From: Candidatus Limnocylindrales bacterium
GTDB lineage: Bacteria; Chloroflexota; Limnocylindria; Limnocylindrales; CSP1-4
NCBI GenBank assembly: GCA_036278755.1
Contig: DASUKL010000114.1
Location: 7,659 to 71,658, forward strand
Reading direction: 5' to 3'
DNA: 64,000 nt
In this document: positions 1 through 9,267 of the stretch, piece after piece
How the letters are laid out: every line of letters starts with the position of its first letter
How positions within the stretch are numbered: position 1 is the stretch's first letter
Notes under the pieces: generated by a model
Databases searched by the model: none
Seen by the model: only the letters and a program-made list of their open reading frames with translations
What the model was told of the DNA's origin: nothing
Program-made: the position numbers and the translations under genes

Positions 1-1299
1 GAAGGTGATGATCTGGGCCACGTGATCGGCGCCGTACTTGCGGGTGACGTAGGCGATGACCTCGTCGCGCCGGTCGTCCTCGAAGTCGACGTCGATGTCC
101 GGCATCGTCACCCGGTCGGGGTTGAGGAAGCGCTCGAAGGGCAGGTCATAACGGATCGGGTCGACCGGGGTGATGCCCAGGGTGTAGGTCACGATCGAGC
201 CCGGCGCGCTGCCCCGGCAGGTGGTGGCGATGCCCTGCTCCCGGGCGAAACGGGTGAAGTCGGCCACGATGAGGAAGTAGCCGGCGTAGCCCATGCGCAG
301 GATGACGCCCAGCTCGTACTCCAGGCGGTCGCGCAGCTCGGGCGTCACCTGGCCGTAGCGCTCGGCCAGGCCCCGCTCGCACTCGGCCCGCAGCCAACTC
401 TCCACGGAGTGCCCCTCGGGCACCGGGAAGTGGGGGATGCGCAGCTGGCCCAGCGGCAGCTCCAGGTCGCACATCTCGGCGATGCGCCGCGTGTTGGTGA
501 TGGCCTCGGGCACGTCGGCGAAGAGGGCCGCCATCTGGGCCGCGTCCTTGAGGTAGAACTCGGTGCTCTCGAAGCGCATCCGGTTGGTCATGTCCACGGT
601 GGCCGCGGTGCCGATGCAGAGCAGCACGTCGTGGGCCTCGTGCTGCTCCTGGCGGACGTAGTGCAGGTCGTTCGTGGCTACCACGGGCAGGCCCACCTGC
701 GGCGCCAGGCGGAGCAGCTGCTCGTTGAGCCGGCGCTGCTCGGGCAGACCGTGGTCCTGCAGCTCGAGGTAGAAGCCGTCCGGGCCGAAGATGTCGGCGT
801 AGGAGCCGGCCAGGTCGTGGGCCGCGGCCTCGTCGCCGACCTCCAGGGCCCGGGCGATCTCGCCGTTGAGGCAGGCCGAGAGCCCGATCAGGCCGGCGCT
901 GTGCCGGGCCAGGTAGTCGCGATCGATCCGCGGCTTGTAGTAGTAACCGTCGAGGTGGGCGCCGGTGACGATGCGGCACAGGTTCCGATAGCCCACGTCG
1001 TCGCGGGCGAGGAGGATGAGGTGGTAGGGCTGGGCGTCGGCCTTGCCCTCACGGTCGGACATCGAGCGGCGGGCGATGTAGGTCTCGACGCCGATGATCG
1101 GCTTGATGCCCCGGGCCCGGCAGGCCTGGTGGAAGGCCACCGCGCCGTACAGGGCGCCGTGGTCGGTCAGGGCCAGGCTGTCGAAGCCGTGGGCGCTGGC
1201 CTGGCTGACGAGGTCATCGATGCGGCCCAGCCCGTCGAGCAGGCTGAATTCCGAATGGACGTGCAGGTGGGTGAAGTCGTTCGGCGCGACGCCGGGCAC
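1..1299 (-). CDS. dnaE: DNA polymerase III alpha subunit DnaE, N-terminal PHP domain region (partial, continues beyond window start)
   Basis: Reverse-complement translation gives VPGVAPNDFTHLHVHSEFSLLDGLGRIDDLVSQASAHGFDSLALTDHGALYGAV...GADHVAQIITF, the classic PHP/DnaE N-terminus. GTG start at 1299 (alternative GTG at 1380); in-frame stop upstream at 1396-1398. The plus-strand ORF 22..1404 is its antisense shadow. Confidence 0.9.
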   Translation of the reverse strand, partial: MPGVAPNDFTHLHVHSEFSLLDGLGRIDDLVSQASAHGFDSLALTDHGALYGAVAFHQACRARGIKPIIGVETYIARRSMSDREGKADAQPYHLILLARDDVGYRNLCRIVTGAHLDGYYYKPRIDRDYLARHSAGLIGLSACLNGEIARALEVGDEAAAHDLAGSYADIFGPDGFYLELQDHGLPEQRRLNEQLLRLAPQVGLPVVATNDLHYVRQEQHEAHDVLLCIGTAATVDMTNRMRFESTEFYLKDAAQMAALFADVPEAITNTRRIAEMCDLELPLGQLRIPHFPVPEGHSVESWLRAECERGLAERYGQVTPELRDRLEYELGVILRMGYAGYFLIVADFTRFAREQGIATTCRGSAPGSIVTYTLGITPVDPIRYDLPFERFLNPDRVTMPDIDVDFEDDRRDEVIAYVTRKYGADHVAQIITF

Positions 1300-1303
1300 G
1301 AGA

Positions 1304-1402
1304 TCAGACGTAGTCCGAGCAGGAGAGGAAGTAGCCGCAGCGGCAGACGAGCTTGCAGCCCCGATCGACCAGCTCGGCCCCACAGTTGGCGCAGGTGGTC
1401 AT
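1304..1402 (-). CDS. Possible 32-aa four-Cys zinc-ribbon micro-ORF (MTTCANCGAELVDRGCKLVCRCGYFLSCSDYV) immediately upstream of dnaE
   Basis: ATG at 1402 and TGA at 1304-1306, 4 nt before the dnaE GTG. CxxC-N8-CxxxCxC pattern. No clear Shine-Dalgarno sequence. It is the tail of six-frame ORF 1304..2005. Confidence 0.3.
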   Translation of the reverse strand: MTTCANCGAELVDRGCKLVCRCGYFLSCSDYV

Positions 1403-1563
1403 GATCAGCCCCGGGTCCGCGCCGGCCCAGGCCGGTGGATCGGACGCCAGTCCCAGAGGCTGTGAGCCCGCCGCCTCGGAAGGGACGGTGGACCGGCCCG
1501 TCTCCGAGGATGCGGCGCCGATCCCCGGATCGGTCCGGCCACGCTCCGCTGCCCGCTCACTCA

Positions 1564-1582
1564 CCGGGCTAGGATAGCCCGG
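1564..1582. promoter_or_regulatory. Inverted repeat CCGGGCTA-GGA-TAGCCCGG in the divergent dnaE / bmp-operon intergenic region; candidate operator
   Basis: 8-bp perfect arms with a 3-bp spacer, read directly from the sequence, between divergently oriented genes. Confidence 0.3.
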
Positions 1583-1769
1583 TGGCCCGGGGAGGTCCCG
1601 AGCCCCGGCGCGCGCTCCCCGGCCGCCGCTCGTGACACGCCGATGGCGCGTCATCGCCTTGTCGCCGGGCGGCCGAGCCGCTAGGATGCGCGCCAGCATC
1701 GCCCCGGACGCGGTCCGGGGGCGGGCGACGCCCGGGCTCCTCCCGGGCGAGCCCCATGGAGGAGGAAGT

Positions 1770-2972
1770 ATGCGCACACGTTCCGTCGGGACCAGCCTGA
1801 TCGCGGTGCTGGCCCTGGTCAGTTCGGCCTGTACCACGGGGGCCTCCACCAGTCCCTCGACCTCGCCGTCCAGCGCCCCCGCCTCGTCAGCGGCCGCGTC
1901 GTCGGCCGCCGCCTCGACCCCCGCGACCACGTCCGCCGCGCCCTCGAGCGACCTCAAGATCGGCGTCGTCACCGACGTCGGAACGGTCGACGACAAGAAC
2001 TTCAACCAGTACTCCTACGAAGGTGCCCAGAAGGGCGCGGCCGACATCGGCGCCGTGGCGCCCAAGGTCGTCGTCCCGGCCGACGCCTCGCAGTACGCCC
2101 CCGACATCAACAACTTCATCAGTCAGGGCTTCAACATCATCGTCACCGTCGGCTTCAACCTGACGACCGACACGATCAAGGCCGCCAAGGCCAATGCTGA
2201 CGTGTGGTTCATCGGCGTCGACCAGGCCCCGCTGTGCATCACCGAGACCGGCGACCCGGACACCGCGGCCACGCCCAAGTGCGCCGGCGACCCGGCCAAG
2301 CTGCTCCCGAAGTACATCGCCATCAGTTACGAGGAGGACCAGGCCGGCTACCTGGCCGGGATCGTGGCCGCCGGCATCACCAAGGCCGACAAGGTCGGGG
2401 CCATCGGCGGCGTCAACCTCGTGCCGGCCGTGGTGCGCTACATCCAGGGCTATGAGCTGGGCGCCAAGTCGGTCAACCCGAACATCGAGGTCGACACGGC
2501 CTATGTCACCACCAGCGACTTCACGAAGGCCTTCAACGACCCGGCCACGGGCGCCACGTTCGCCAAGCAGTTCATCGCCCAGAAGGGCGTCGACGTCCTC
2601 TTCCAGGTCGCCGGCAAGACCGGCAATGGCGTCCTGCAGGCCGCCTGCGCGGCCAACATCGCCGGCATCGGCGTCGACGTCGACCAGTGGATCTCCCTCA
2701 ACGCGGCCAGCGACAAGACCTACGGCTGCATCGTGACCAGCGCCGAGAAGCACCTCAGCGACTCCGTCGAGAGCGCCATCAAGGGCATCTCCGACGGCTC
2801 GGCCAAGGGCGGCAACGTCCTCTACGACGCGGCCAAGGGCGGTGTCGGCGTGGCCCCCTTCACCTCCTCCATCAGCGTTCCGCAGGCCACCCAGGACGCC
2901 GTCACCCAGGCCCTCGCGGCGATGGCCGCCGGCACCCTGAAGACCTGCCCCAGCGACTGCGGCCAGCCGTAA
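1770..2972 (+). CDS. BMP-family (PnrA/Med-like) ABC transporter substrate-binding lipoprotein, probably nucleoside-binding
   Basis: GGAGGAGG followed by ATG at 1770. Signal peptide with lipobox LVSSAC. The Ser/Ala/Thr-rich linker is followed by DLKIGVVTDVGTVDDKNFNQYSYEGAQKGAAD...GVDVDQW, typical of the Bmp family. The longer six-frame ORF from 1632 is an N-terminal over-extension. Confidence 0.85.
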   Translation: MRTRSVGTSLIAVLALVSSACTTGASTSPSTSPSSAPASSAAASSAAASTPATTSAAPSSDLKIGVVTDVGTVDDKNFNQYSYEGAQKGAADIGAVAPKVVVPADASQYAPDINNFISQGFNIIVTVGFNLTTDTIKAAKANADVWFIGVDQAPLCITETGDPDTAATPKCAGDPAKLLPKYIAISYEEDQAGYLAGIVAAGITKADKVGAIGGVNLVPAVVRYIQGYELGAKSVNPNIEVDTAYVTTSDFTKAFNDPATGATFAKQFIAQKGVDVLFQVAGKTGNGVLQAACAANIAGIGVDVDQWISLNAASDKTYGCIVTSAEKHLSDSVESAIKGISDGSAKGGNVLYDAAKGGVGVAPFTSSISVPQATQDAVTQALAAMAAGTLKTCPSDCGQP

Positions 2973-3062
2973 GGCCCCGCCCATCCGTCCAGGCAGCTTC
3001 AGCCGAACGGGCCGCACGCAAGTGCGGCCCGTTCGCCGTTCCCGGCCCCGCATGAGGCGCCC

Positions 3063-4700
3063 ATGAACGCGTCCGACGCCACGCCCCGGCCCGCTCCACC
3101 GCCCCAGGCGGCGCCCGGCCCACCGTCCCCGGGAACCGGTCCGACCGCGGCCGACGCGCCCGCCCTGGAGATGCGGGGCATCACCAAGCGCTATCCGGGC
3201 GTGGTGGCCAACGACCACATCGACCTCGACGTGCGCCACGGCGAGATCCACGCCCTGCTGGGTGAGAACGGGGCCGGCAAGACGACGCTCATGAACGTCC
3301 TGTACGGCCTGGCCCAGCCCGACGAGGGGCAGATCCTGCTCGACGGCCAGCCGGTCCGCATCGCCAGCCCGGCGGACGCCATCCGCCGCGGCATCAGCAT
3401 GGTCCACCAGCATTTCATGCTCGTGCCCGTCTTCAGCGTGGCCGAGAACATCGTCCTGGGCGAGGAGACGATGGCCAACCCGGTCTTCCTCGACCTCCCC
3501 GAGGCGGAGCGGCGTATCCGCGCCCTCAGCGAGGGCTTCGGCTTCGACCTCGATCCCGAGGCCAAGGTGGGTCAGCTGTCGGTGGGCCAGCAGCAACGGG
3601 TCGAGATCCTGAAGGCCCTCTATCGCGATGCCCGCCTCCTCGTCCTCGACGAGCCCACGGCCGTCCTGACGCCCCAGGAGACGGAGGAGATCTTCGTCCT
3701 CCTCAAGCGTCTGGCCGCCGGCGGCCACAGCATCATCTTCATCAGCCACAAGCTGTACGAGGTCCTCGAGATCGCCGACCGGATCACCGTCATCCGGCGG
3801 GGCAAGGTGGTCGGGCATCGGGTGCCGGCCGAGACCGACGAGGATGACCTGGCCGAGTTGATGGTGGGCCGCGAGGTCCAGCTGACCGTCGACCGGGGCA
3901 CCTCGCACCCCGGCGAGCCGACCCTCGAGGTCCGCGGCCTGCGGGTCAAGGACGATCGCGGCAGCGAGGTCGTGCGGGGCGTGGACTTCGAGATCCGGGC
4001 CGGCGAGATCCTGGGCCTGGCCGGTGTCGCAGGCAACGGGCAGGACGAGATGGTGGAGGCCCTCGTAGGGCTCCGCTCGCCCACTGCCGGCACGGTCACC
4101 CTCGGCGGCCGGGACATCACCCGCCACAACGTCCGCTCCATCAACGAGGCCGGCGTGGGCTACGTCCCGGCCGATCGCCACCGCTTCGGGCTGGTCCTGC
4201 CGTTCCCCGTCTCCGACAACCTCGTCCTGACCGACTACTACCGCCGGCCCTACGCTCGGGGCATCGTCCAGGACGAGGCGGCCATCGACCACGCCTGCGA
4301 GGTCTGCATCGAGGACTACGACATCCGCACGCCCTCGGCCGACGTGCCGACCCGAACCCTCTCCGGCGGCAACCAGCAGAAGGTCGTCGTGGCCCGCGAG
4401 TTCCGCCGCGATCTCCAGCTCCTGGTCCTCGACCAGCCGACCCGGGGGCTCGACGTGGGCAGCATCGAGTTCATCCACAAGCAGGTCATCGCCAAGCGCG
4501 ACGCCGGCACGGCCGTCCTGCTCGTCTCGGCCGAGCTCGACGAGATCCTCGAGATGTCCGATCGCATCGCGGTCATGTATCGCGGCCAGCTGGTGGCCGT
4601 GCTCGACGGCCGCACGGCGGACAAGAACCAGGTCGGCCTGCTCATGGCCACCGGCGGTCACGCAGCGGGGCCCGCAGCGAGCTCCGGAGCCGTGGCATGA
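3063..4700 (+). CDS. ABC transporter ATP-binding protein with two fused ATPase domains (NupA/RbsA-like)
   Basis: Two Walker A sites (GENGAGKTT; GVAGNGQDE) and two signature/Walker B regions (LSVGQQQRVEILKAL...LLVLDEPTA; LSGGNQQKVVVAREF...LLVLDQPTRGLD). Pro-rich N-terminal extension; an alternative start at the MRGITKRY methionine (~3171) is possible. Confidence 0.9.
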   Translation: MNASDATPRPAPPPQAAPGPPSPGTGPTAADAPALEMRGITKRYPGVVANDHIDLDVRHGEIHALLGENGAGKTTLMNVLYGLAQPDEGQILLDGQPVRIASPADAIRRGISMVHQHFMLVPVFSVAENIVLGEETMANPVFLDLPEAERRIRALSEGFGFDLDPEAKVGQLSVGQQQRVEILKALYRDARLLVLDEPTAVLTPQETEEIFVLLKRLAAGGHSIIFISHKLYEVLEIADRITVIRRGKVVGHRVPAETDEDDLAELMVGREVQLTVDRGTSHPGEPTLEVRGLRVKDDRGSEVVRGVDFEIRAGEILGLAGVAGNGQDEMVEALVGLRSPTAGTVTLGGRDITRHNVRSINEAGVGYVPADRHRFGLVLPFPVSDNLVLTDYYRRPYARGIVQDEAAIDHACEVCIEDYDIRTPSADVPTRTLSGGNQQKVVVAREFRRDLQLLVLDQPTRGLDVGSIEFIHKQVIAKRDAGTAVLLVSAELDEILEMSDRIAVMYRGQLVAVLDGRTADKNQVGLLMATGGHAAGPAASSGAVA

Positions 4701-5827
4701 GTCGGGTCGACAGCGCCCTGCGCCGAGCCTGGGAGCTCCTGGCCATCCCCGTCCTGGCCATCTTCCTGGCCTTCCTCGTGGGCGCCGTGGTCATCGTCCT
4801 GTCCAGCGGCCTGGTGGGCAAGGGTTTCGACCTGGGCCTGCCGTTGACGGCCTACGCCGCCCTCATCCAGGGCTCGCTGCTGACGCCGACCGGCATCGTC
4901 GAGACGTTCGTCCAGGCCACACCGCTCCTGCTGGCCGGCCTGGGCGTGGGCCTGGGCTTCAAGGCCGGCCTCTTCAACATCGGCGCCCAGGGCCAGTTCC
5001 TCCTGGGGGCCGTGGGGGCGATCTGGGTCGGCACGGTCTTCGAGGGTGCGCCGGCCGTCGTGGCCATCAGCGCCGCCCTCCTGGCAGGCATGGTCGTGGG
5101 CGGCGCCGTCGGCTTCGTGCCGGGCCTCCTCAAGGCCACCTCCGGGGCCCACGAGGTCGTGACCACGATCATGATGAACTACATCGCCCTGGCCGCACTC
5201 TCGTGGCTCGTCACCGGGCCGCTCAAGCTCCCCGGTTCCCCCCAGCCGGTGACAGCCTCCGTGACCTCCGCTGCGCTGCCCATCCTCGTCGGCCGTGACG
5301 GCCACCTGGGCATCCTCATCGGCCTCGTGGCGGTGCCCCTCCTGTGGTTCCTCCTCTACCGCACGACCCGCGGCTTCGAGATCCGGACGGTCGGGGCGAA
5401 CCCCGACGCGGCGCGCTACGCGGGCATGAGACCGCGTCTCGTGACGGTCGTGGTCATGACCCTCTCCGGGCTCCTCGCCGGCCTGGCCGGGGCGGGCAAC
5501 GTCCTGGGCCTCAACCACCAGATGACGGCCACCTTCAGCACGACGGTCGGCTTCGACTCGATCACGGTGGCCCTCCTCGGGCGCTCCAACCCCTGGGGCA
5601 TCCTGCCGGCCGCGCTGCTCTTCGGGGCCATGCGGGCCGGGGCCGGCCTCATGCAGATCCAGGCCGGGGTGCCGGCTGAACTGGTCGACTTCGTCCAGGC
5701 CGTCATCCTCCTCTTCCTCGTCGCCAACTCGGTCCTCCGGCGCCTCTTCCGGCTGCGGGGCGTGACCGCCGAGCTGGGCACGACCGAGACCCTCTCCCGC
5801 TCCTACGGTTCGGAGGGCGTCCACTGA
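4697..5827 (+). CDS. ABC transporter permease (BMP/nucleoside system, NupB-like)
   Basis: Multi-TM hydrophobic protein. ATGA overlap with the upstream ATPase; same operon. Confidence 0.85.
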   Translation: MSRVDSALRRAWELLAIPVLAIFLAFLVGAVVIVLSSGLVGKGFDLGLPLTAYAALIQGSLLTPTGIVETFVQATPLLLAGLGVGLGFKAGLFNIGAQGQFLLGAVGAIWVGTVFEGAPAVVAISAALLAGMVVGGAVGFVPGLLKATSGAHEVVTTIMMNYIALAALSWLVTGPLKLPGSPQPVTASVTSAALPILVGRDGHLGILIGLVAVPLLWFLLYRTTRGFEIRTVGANPDAARYAGMRPRLVTVVVMTLSGLLAGLAGAGNVLGLNHQMTATFSTTVGFDSITVALLGRSNPWGILPAALLFGAMRAGAGLMQIQAGVPAELVDFVQAVILLFLVANSVLRRLFRLRGVTAELGTTETLSRSYGSEGVH

Positions 5828-5829
5828 CC

Positions 5830-6909
5830 ATGGGCCAGGTCGTCGCCTTCCTCTACGCCATCCCCGTCCTGGGCCTCCTGGCCCAGCTGGTCGGCTACCT
5901 CCTGGACAACCTCCAGTTCGTGGCCCACGGGGCGGTGGCCCTGGCCATCCCCATCGCCCTGGCCGGCCTGTGCGGGGTGATGTGCGAGCGCTCGGGGGTC
6001 ATCAACATCTGCATCGAAGGGGTGATGCTGCTGGGCGCCTTCGTGGGCTGGATCATGGGCGTAGTGGCCACGGCCATCCTCGGCCCGGGCACCCCGCTGC
6101 CGATCTTCGGCCTCACCCTGCCACTCCTCATCGCCCTCGCCGCGGCCCTCCTGGCGGGCATGCTGCTCTCCCTCCTCCACGCCTGGCTCTCGATCTCCGT
6201 GCGGGTCGACCAGATCATCAGCGGCACGATCATCAACATCGCCGCGGCGGGCCTGACCGGCTACCTCAACACCCTGATCTCGCAGCTCTCGCCGCAGGGC
6301 GCGGGGGCCTTCCAGCCACTGAGCCTGCCCGACACGGTCGTCGACATCCCCGTCGTGGGCTGGCTGCTCAACGCGGTGTTGGACCAGGGCCCCATCGGCA
6401 TCACCGCCATCGTCCTCATCGTCGTCATGCAGATCCTCCTCTTCCGCTCGCGCTGGGGGCTGCGCACCCGGGCCGTGGGCGAGCACCCCAAGGCGGCCGA
6501 GACAGTGGGCATCGACGTCATCCGCCTGCGCTATCGCAACGTCGTGCTGTCGGGCGCCGTGGCCGCCCTGGGTGGCGCCTACCTCTCCATGGAGATCACG
6601 AACTCGTTCCAGGCCAACATGACCGCCGGGCGCGGCTTCATCGGTCTGGCGGCCATGATCGTGGGGCGCTGGACGCCCATCGGGACGTTCGGGGCGGCCC
6701 TCCTCTTCGCCTCCTCGCAGGCCATCAGCCAGTCGATCGTCTTCACCGCCCCCTCGGGCAGCCTGGGCGACCTGTTGACGATCGTCCCGGCCCAGTTCTA
6801 CGACGCCCTGCCCTACCTCGTCACGATCGTCGTCCTGGCCGGGGTCATCGGCAAGAGCATCCCGCCCGCGGCCGACGGCCAGCCCTACGAGCGCGAGGCG
6901 GCGACCTGA
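5830..6909 (+). CDS. ABC transporter permease (BMP/nucleoside system, NupC-like)
   Basis: Multi-TM hydrophobic protein 3 nt after the previous permease. Confidence 0.85.
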   Translation: MGQVVAFLYAIPVLGLLAQLVGYLLDNLQFVAHGAVALAIPIALAGLCGVMCERSGVINICIEGVMLLGAFVGWIMGVVATAILGPGTPLPIFGLTLPLLIALAAALLAGMLLSLLHAWLSISVRVDQIISGTIINIAAAGLTGYLNTLISQLSPQGAGAFQPLSLPDTVVDIPVVGWLLNAVLDQGPIGITAIVLIVVMQILLFRSRWGLRTRAVGEHPKAAETVGIDVIRLRYRNVVLSGAVAALGGAYLSMEITNSFQANMTAGRGFIGLAAMIVGRWTPIGTFGAALLFASSQAISQSIVFTAPSGSLGDLLTIVPAQFYDALPYLVTIVVLAGVIGKSIPPAADGQPYEREAAT

Positions 6910-6918
6910 GCCCGGGCC

Positions 6919-7413
6919 ATGGATCCTGCTGACGAGGCCCGCACGCGGGCGATCCTCGACCTCCAGGAGGGCCGCGGCGAGGTGCCTCTGCTGGACGAGG
7001 CCGAGCGCCTGGACCTCCTCCGCCGGGCCCGGCGGATCGCCATCGTGGGCGCCTCGCCCGATCGTAGCCGCCCTTCGCACAGCGTCATGCGCTACCTCCA
7101 GGTCCAGGGCTACGACTGCGTGCCGATCAACCCCCTGGTGCGTGACGTGCTGGGCGTGCCGGCCTTCCCGAGCCTCGAGGAGGCGGTGGCGGCCACGGGG
7201 CGCTTCGACATCGTGGACGTCTTTCGCCGGCCGGAGCACGTCCCGGCCATCGCCCGTTCGGCCGTGGCCACCGGCTGCGGCGCGCTATGGCTGCAGCTGG
7301 GTGTCGTCGACTGGGAGGCCGCCCGCCTCGCCAGGGCCGGCGGCCTGGAGGTGGTCATGGACCGCTGCACGGCCATCGAGCATCGCAAGCTGCGGCCCGC
7401 CCGCCGAGGTTGA
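6919..7413 (+). CDS. CoA-binding domain protein (YccU/YneT-like)
   Basis: IAIVGASPDRSRPSHSVMRYLQVQGYDCVPINP...FDIVDVFRR matches the Rossmann-like CoA-binding family. Confidence 0.7.
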   Translation: MDPADEARTRAILDLQEGRGEVPLLDEAERLDLLRRARRIAIVGASPDRSRPSHSVMRYLQVQGYDCVPINPLVRDVLGVPAFPSLEEAVAATGRFDIVDVFRRPEHVPAIARSAVATGCGALWLQLGVVDWEAARLARAGGLEVVMDRCTAIEHRKLRPARRG

Positions 7414-7461
7414 GCCGAGGCCCGACCTCGAACCTCCGACGTCCGACCTCCGAGTCGGCTC
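7413..7461. terminator. Candidate bidirectional terminator between convergent genes (GAGCCGA ... TCGGCTC inverted repeat with internal CCGACCTC direct repeats)
   Basis: Inverted repeat seen in the 57-bp tail-to-tail gap. No U-tract. Confidence 0.25.
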
Positions 7462-7469
7462 CGAAACCA

Positions 7470-7748
7470 TCAGCGAGCTAGCAGGGCGAGGACCAGGAGC
7501 ATGATGCCGATGACGGCCAGGCTGCCCCAGATGCCGATGCCCCGACGCAGGTCAGTGGCCTCGATCTCGGCCTCGCTCGGCCCGTCAGGCACGGCCTGCC
7601 GCCCGCCGCGCCAGGCGTCATAGCGGCGCAGATTGGCCACCCGGCCCTGCAGCTCGCGCAACCGCTGCCACGTCTGCCAGGCCTTCCAGGCACCCCCCAC
7701 GAGCAGGATCAGGCCGATGATGATCTCCGCGATCTGCACCTGCGTCAT
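7470..7748 (-). CDS. Small (92 aa) two-TM membrane protein of unknown function, translationally coupled to gatB
   Basis: MTQVQIAEIIIGLILLVGGAW...GIWGSLAVIGIMLLVLALLAR with two hydrophobic helices. Its ATG overlaps the gatB stop (ATGA). Confidence 0.5.
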   Translation of the reverse strand: MTQVQIAEIIIGLILLVGGAWKAWQTWQRLRELQGRVANLRRYDAWRGGRQAVPDGPSEAEIEATDLRRGIGIWGSLAVIGIMLLVLALLAR

Positions 7749-9265
7749 CCCTCACCTCCACGCTCTGAGCCCCCGGTCCGGGCCACGGCCGCTGCGAGGG
7801 CCTGCCGGGCCAGGGCCGGATCGGCCTGACCGCGACTGGCCTGCATCACCCGCCCCAGGAGGAACCCGAAGGCCTGCTGCTTACCGGCCTGCAGGTCGGC
7901 CAGGGCCTGTCGCTGCTCGGCCAGGACTCGCTCGACGAGGGCTGCGATGGCCCCCTCGTCGGCGATGCGGCTGAGGCCCAGGCGCTCGACGACGGCCGTG
8001 GTCGTGCCGCCGTCCTCGGCCAGGGCAGCGAAGACTTCCTTGGCGCTGGCCGCCGTGAGGCGACCCGCGGCCTGCAGCCGGATCAGCTCCACGAGCTGGG
8101 GCCCCAACCATCCCGGGTCCAGGCCCGGCCGCTCCTCCCCGCCGGCCGCGTTGCGCGCGCGGAGGTACTCGCCAGTCGTCCAGGTGGCCGCCGTGCGCGG
8201 CTCGAGGCCGCCCGCCAGGAGCGTCTCGAAGAGCGCGCTGGCGGCAGGTTCGGCCACGATCACGCGCGCATCGTAGGGGCTGAGTCCGTGGCTCGTGACG
8301 TAGCGCGCGCGGCGGGCCGCGGGCAGCTCCGGGAGGTCGGCCGCGATCCGCTCCAGCCAGGCCGGGTCGGTGTGGAGGGGCGGCAGGTCCGGCTCGGCGA
8401 AGTAGCGGTAGTCGTCGGAGTCCTCCTTGAGCCGCATGCGGTAGGTCGCCCCCCGGGCGTCGTCCCAGCCGCGCGTCTCCTGGACCAGCGGTTGGCCCGC
8501 GTCGAGGGCCCGGGCCTGGCGTTCGATCTCATGCTCCACGGCTCGCTCCACGGCCCGGAAGGAGTTCATGTTCTTGACCTCCACCCGGGTCCCCAGGCCC
8601 TCCGTGCCGGCCGGCCGGAGCGACACGTTGGCCTCGACCCGCATCTCGCCCCGCTCCATCGCCGCGTCCGAGGCGCCCACGGCCAGCAGCACGGCCCGCA
8701 GCTCCTCCGCATAGCGGCGGGCCTCCTCGGCGCTGTGGAGGTCGGGCTCGGTGACGATCTCCATGAGCGGCAGGCCGGCCCGATCGAAGTCGACCAGGCT
8801 CACCCGCCGGCCCGTGGCGTCGGTGGCGTGCTGCAGGCGCGCCGTGTCCTCCTCGAGGTGGGCCCGCGCGACGCGTACGGTCACCTCGCCCCGGGACGTC
8901 TCGAAGGCCAGCCGGCCGTGGGCCGCCAGGGGCAGGGCGTACTGGCTGATCTGGTAGCCCTTGGGCAGGTCGGGGTAGAAGTAGTTCTTCCGCTCCCAAC
9001 GGGTCACCAGCGCGATCCGGGCCCCGATGGCCAGGCCGGTGGCGATGACCAGCTCGACCGCCCGGCGGTTGATGACCGGCAGGCTGCCCGGCAGGGCCAG
9101 GCAGACCGGACAGGTCCGGGCGTTGGGCGGGGCGTCGCGGATATCGCGAGCGCAGGAGCAGAACATCTTCGAGGCCGTCTTCAGCTCGACGTGGATCTCG
9201 ATGCCGATGACGGGCTCGTAGCGGGCAGCCGCCGGGGGCGAGGCGGACGAGGGCGCCGTGGCCAT
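7745..9265 (-). CDS. gatB: Asp-tRNA(Asn)/Glu-tRNA(Gln) amidotransferase subunit B
   Basis: MATAPSS...YEPVIGIEIHVELKTASKMFCSCA...RWERKNYFYPDLPKGYQISQY... is canonical GatB. Six-frame ORF 7745..11380 is a frame-fusion artefact; the true start is the ATG at 9263-9265. Confidence 0.9.
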   Translation of the reverse strand: MATAPSSASPPAAARYEPVIGIEIHVELKTASKMFCSCARDIRDAPPNARTCPVCLALPGSLPVINRRAVELVIATGLAIGARIALVTRWERKNYFYPDLPKGYQISQYALPLAAHGRLAFETSRGEVTVRVARAHLEEDTARLQHATDATGRRVSLVDFDRAGLPLMEIVTEPDLHSAEEARRYAEELRAVLLAVGASDAAMERGEMRVEANVSLRPAGTEGLGTRVEVKNMNSFRAVERAVEHEIERQARALDAGQPLVQETRGWDDARGATYRMRLKEDSDDYRYFAEPDLPPLHTDPAWLERIAADLPELPAARRARYVTSHGLSPYDARVIVAEPAASALFETLLAGGLEPRTAATWTTGEYLRARNAAGGEERPGLDPGWLGPQLVELIRLQAAGRLTAASAKEVFAALAEDGGTTTAVVERLGLSRIADEGAIAALVERVLAEQRQALADLQAGKQQAFGFLLGRVMQASRGQADPALARQALAAAVARTGGSERGGEG

Positions 9266-9267
9266 GC

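Noticed and set aside
22-1404. 460-aa plus-strand ORF (MIGAVLAGDVGDDLVAPVV...)
   Set aside because: Antisense shadow of dnaE. Val/Asp/Gly/Leu-rich composition typical of reverse-strand frames in high-GC DNA. The opposite strand gives an unmistakable DnaE PHP-domain translation.
1887-4661. 924-aa minus-strand ORF covering the bmp and ABC ATPase genes
   Set aside because: Gly/Asp/Val/Arg-rich antisense frame with no motifs. The plus strand encodes well-supported transporter proteins.
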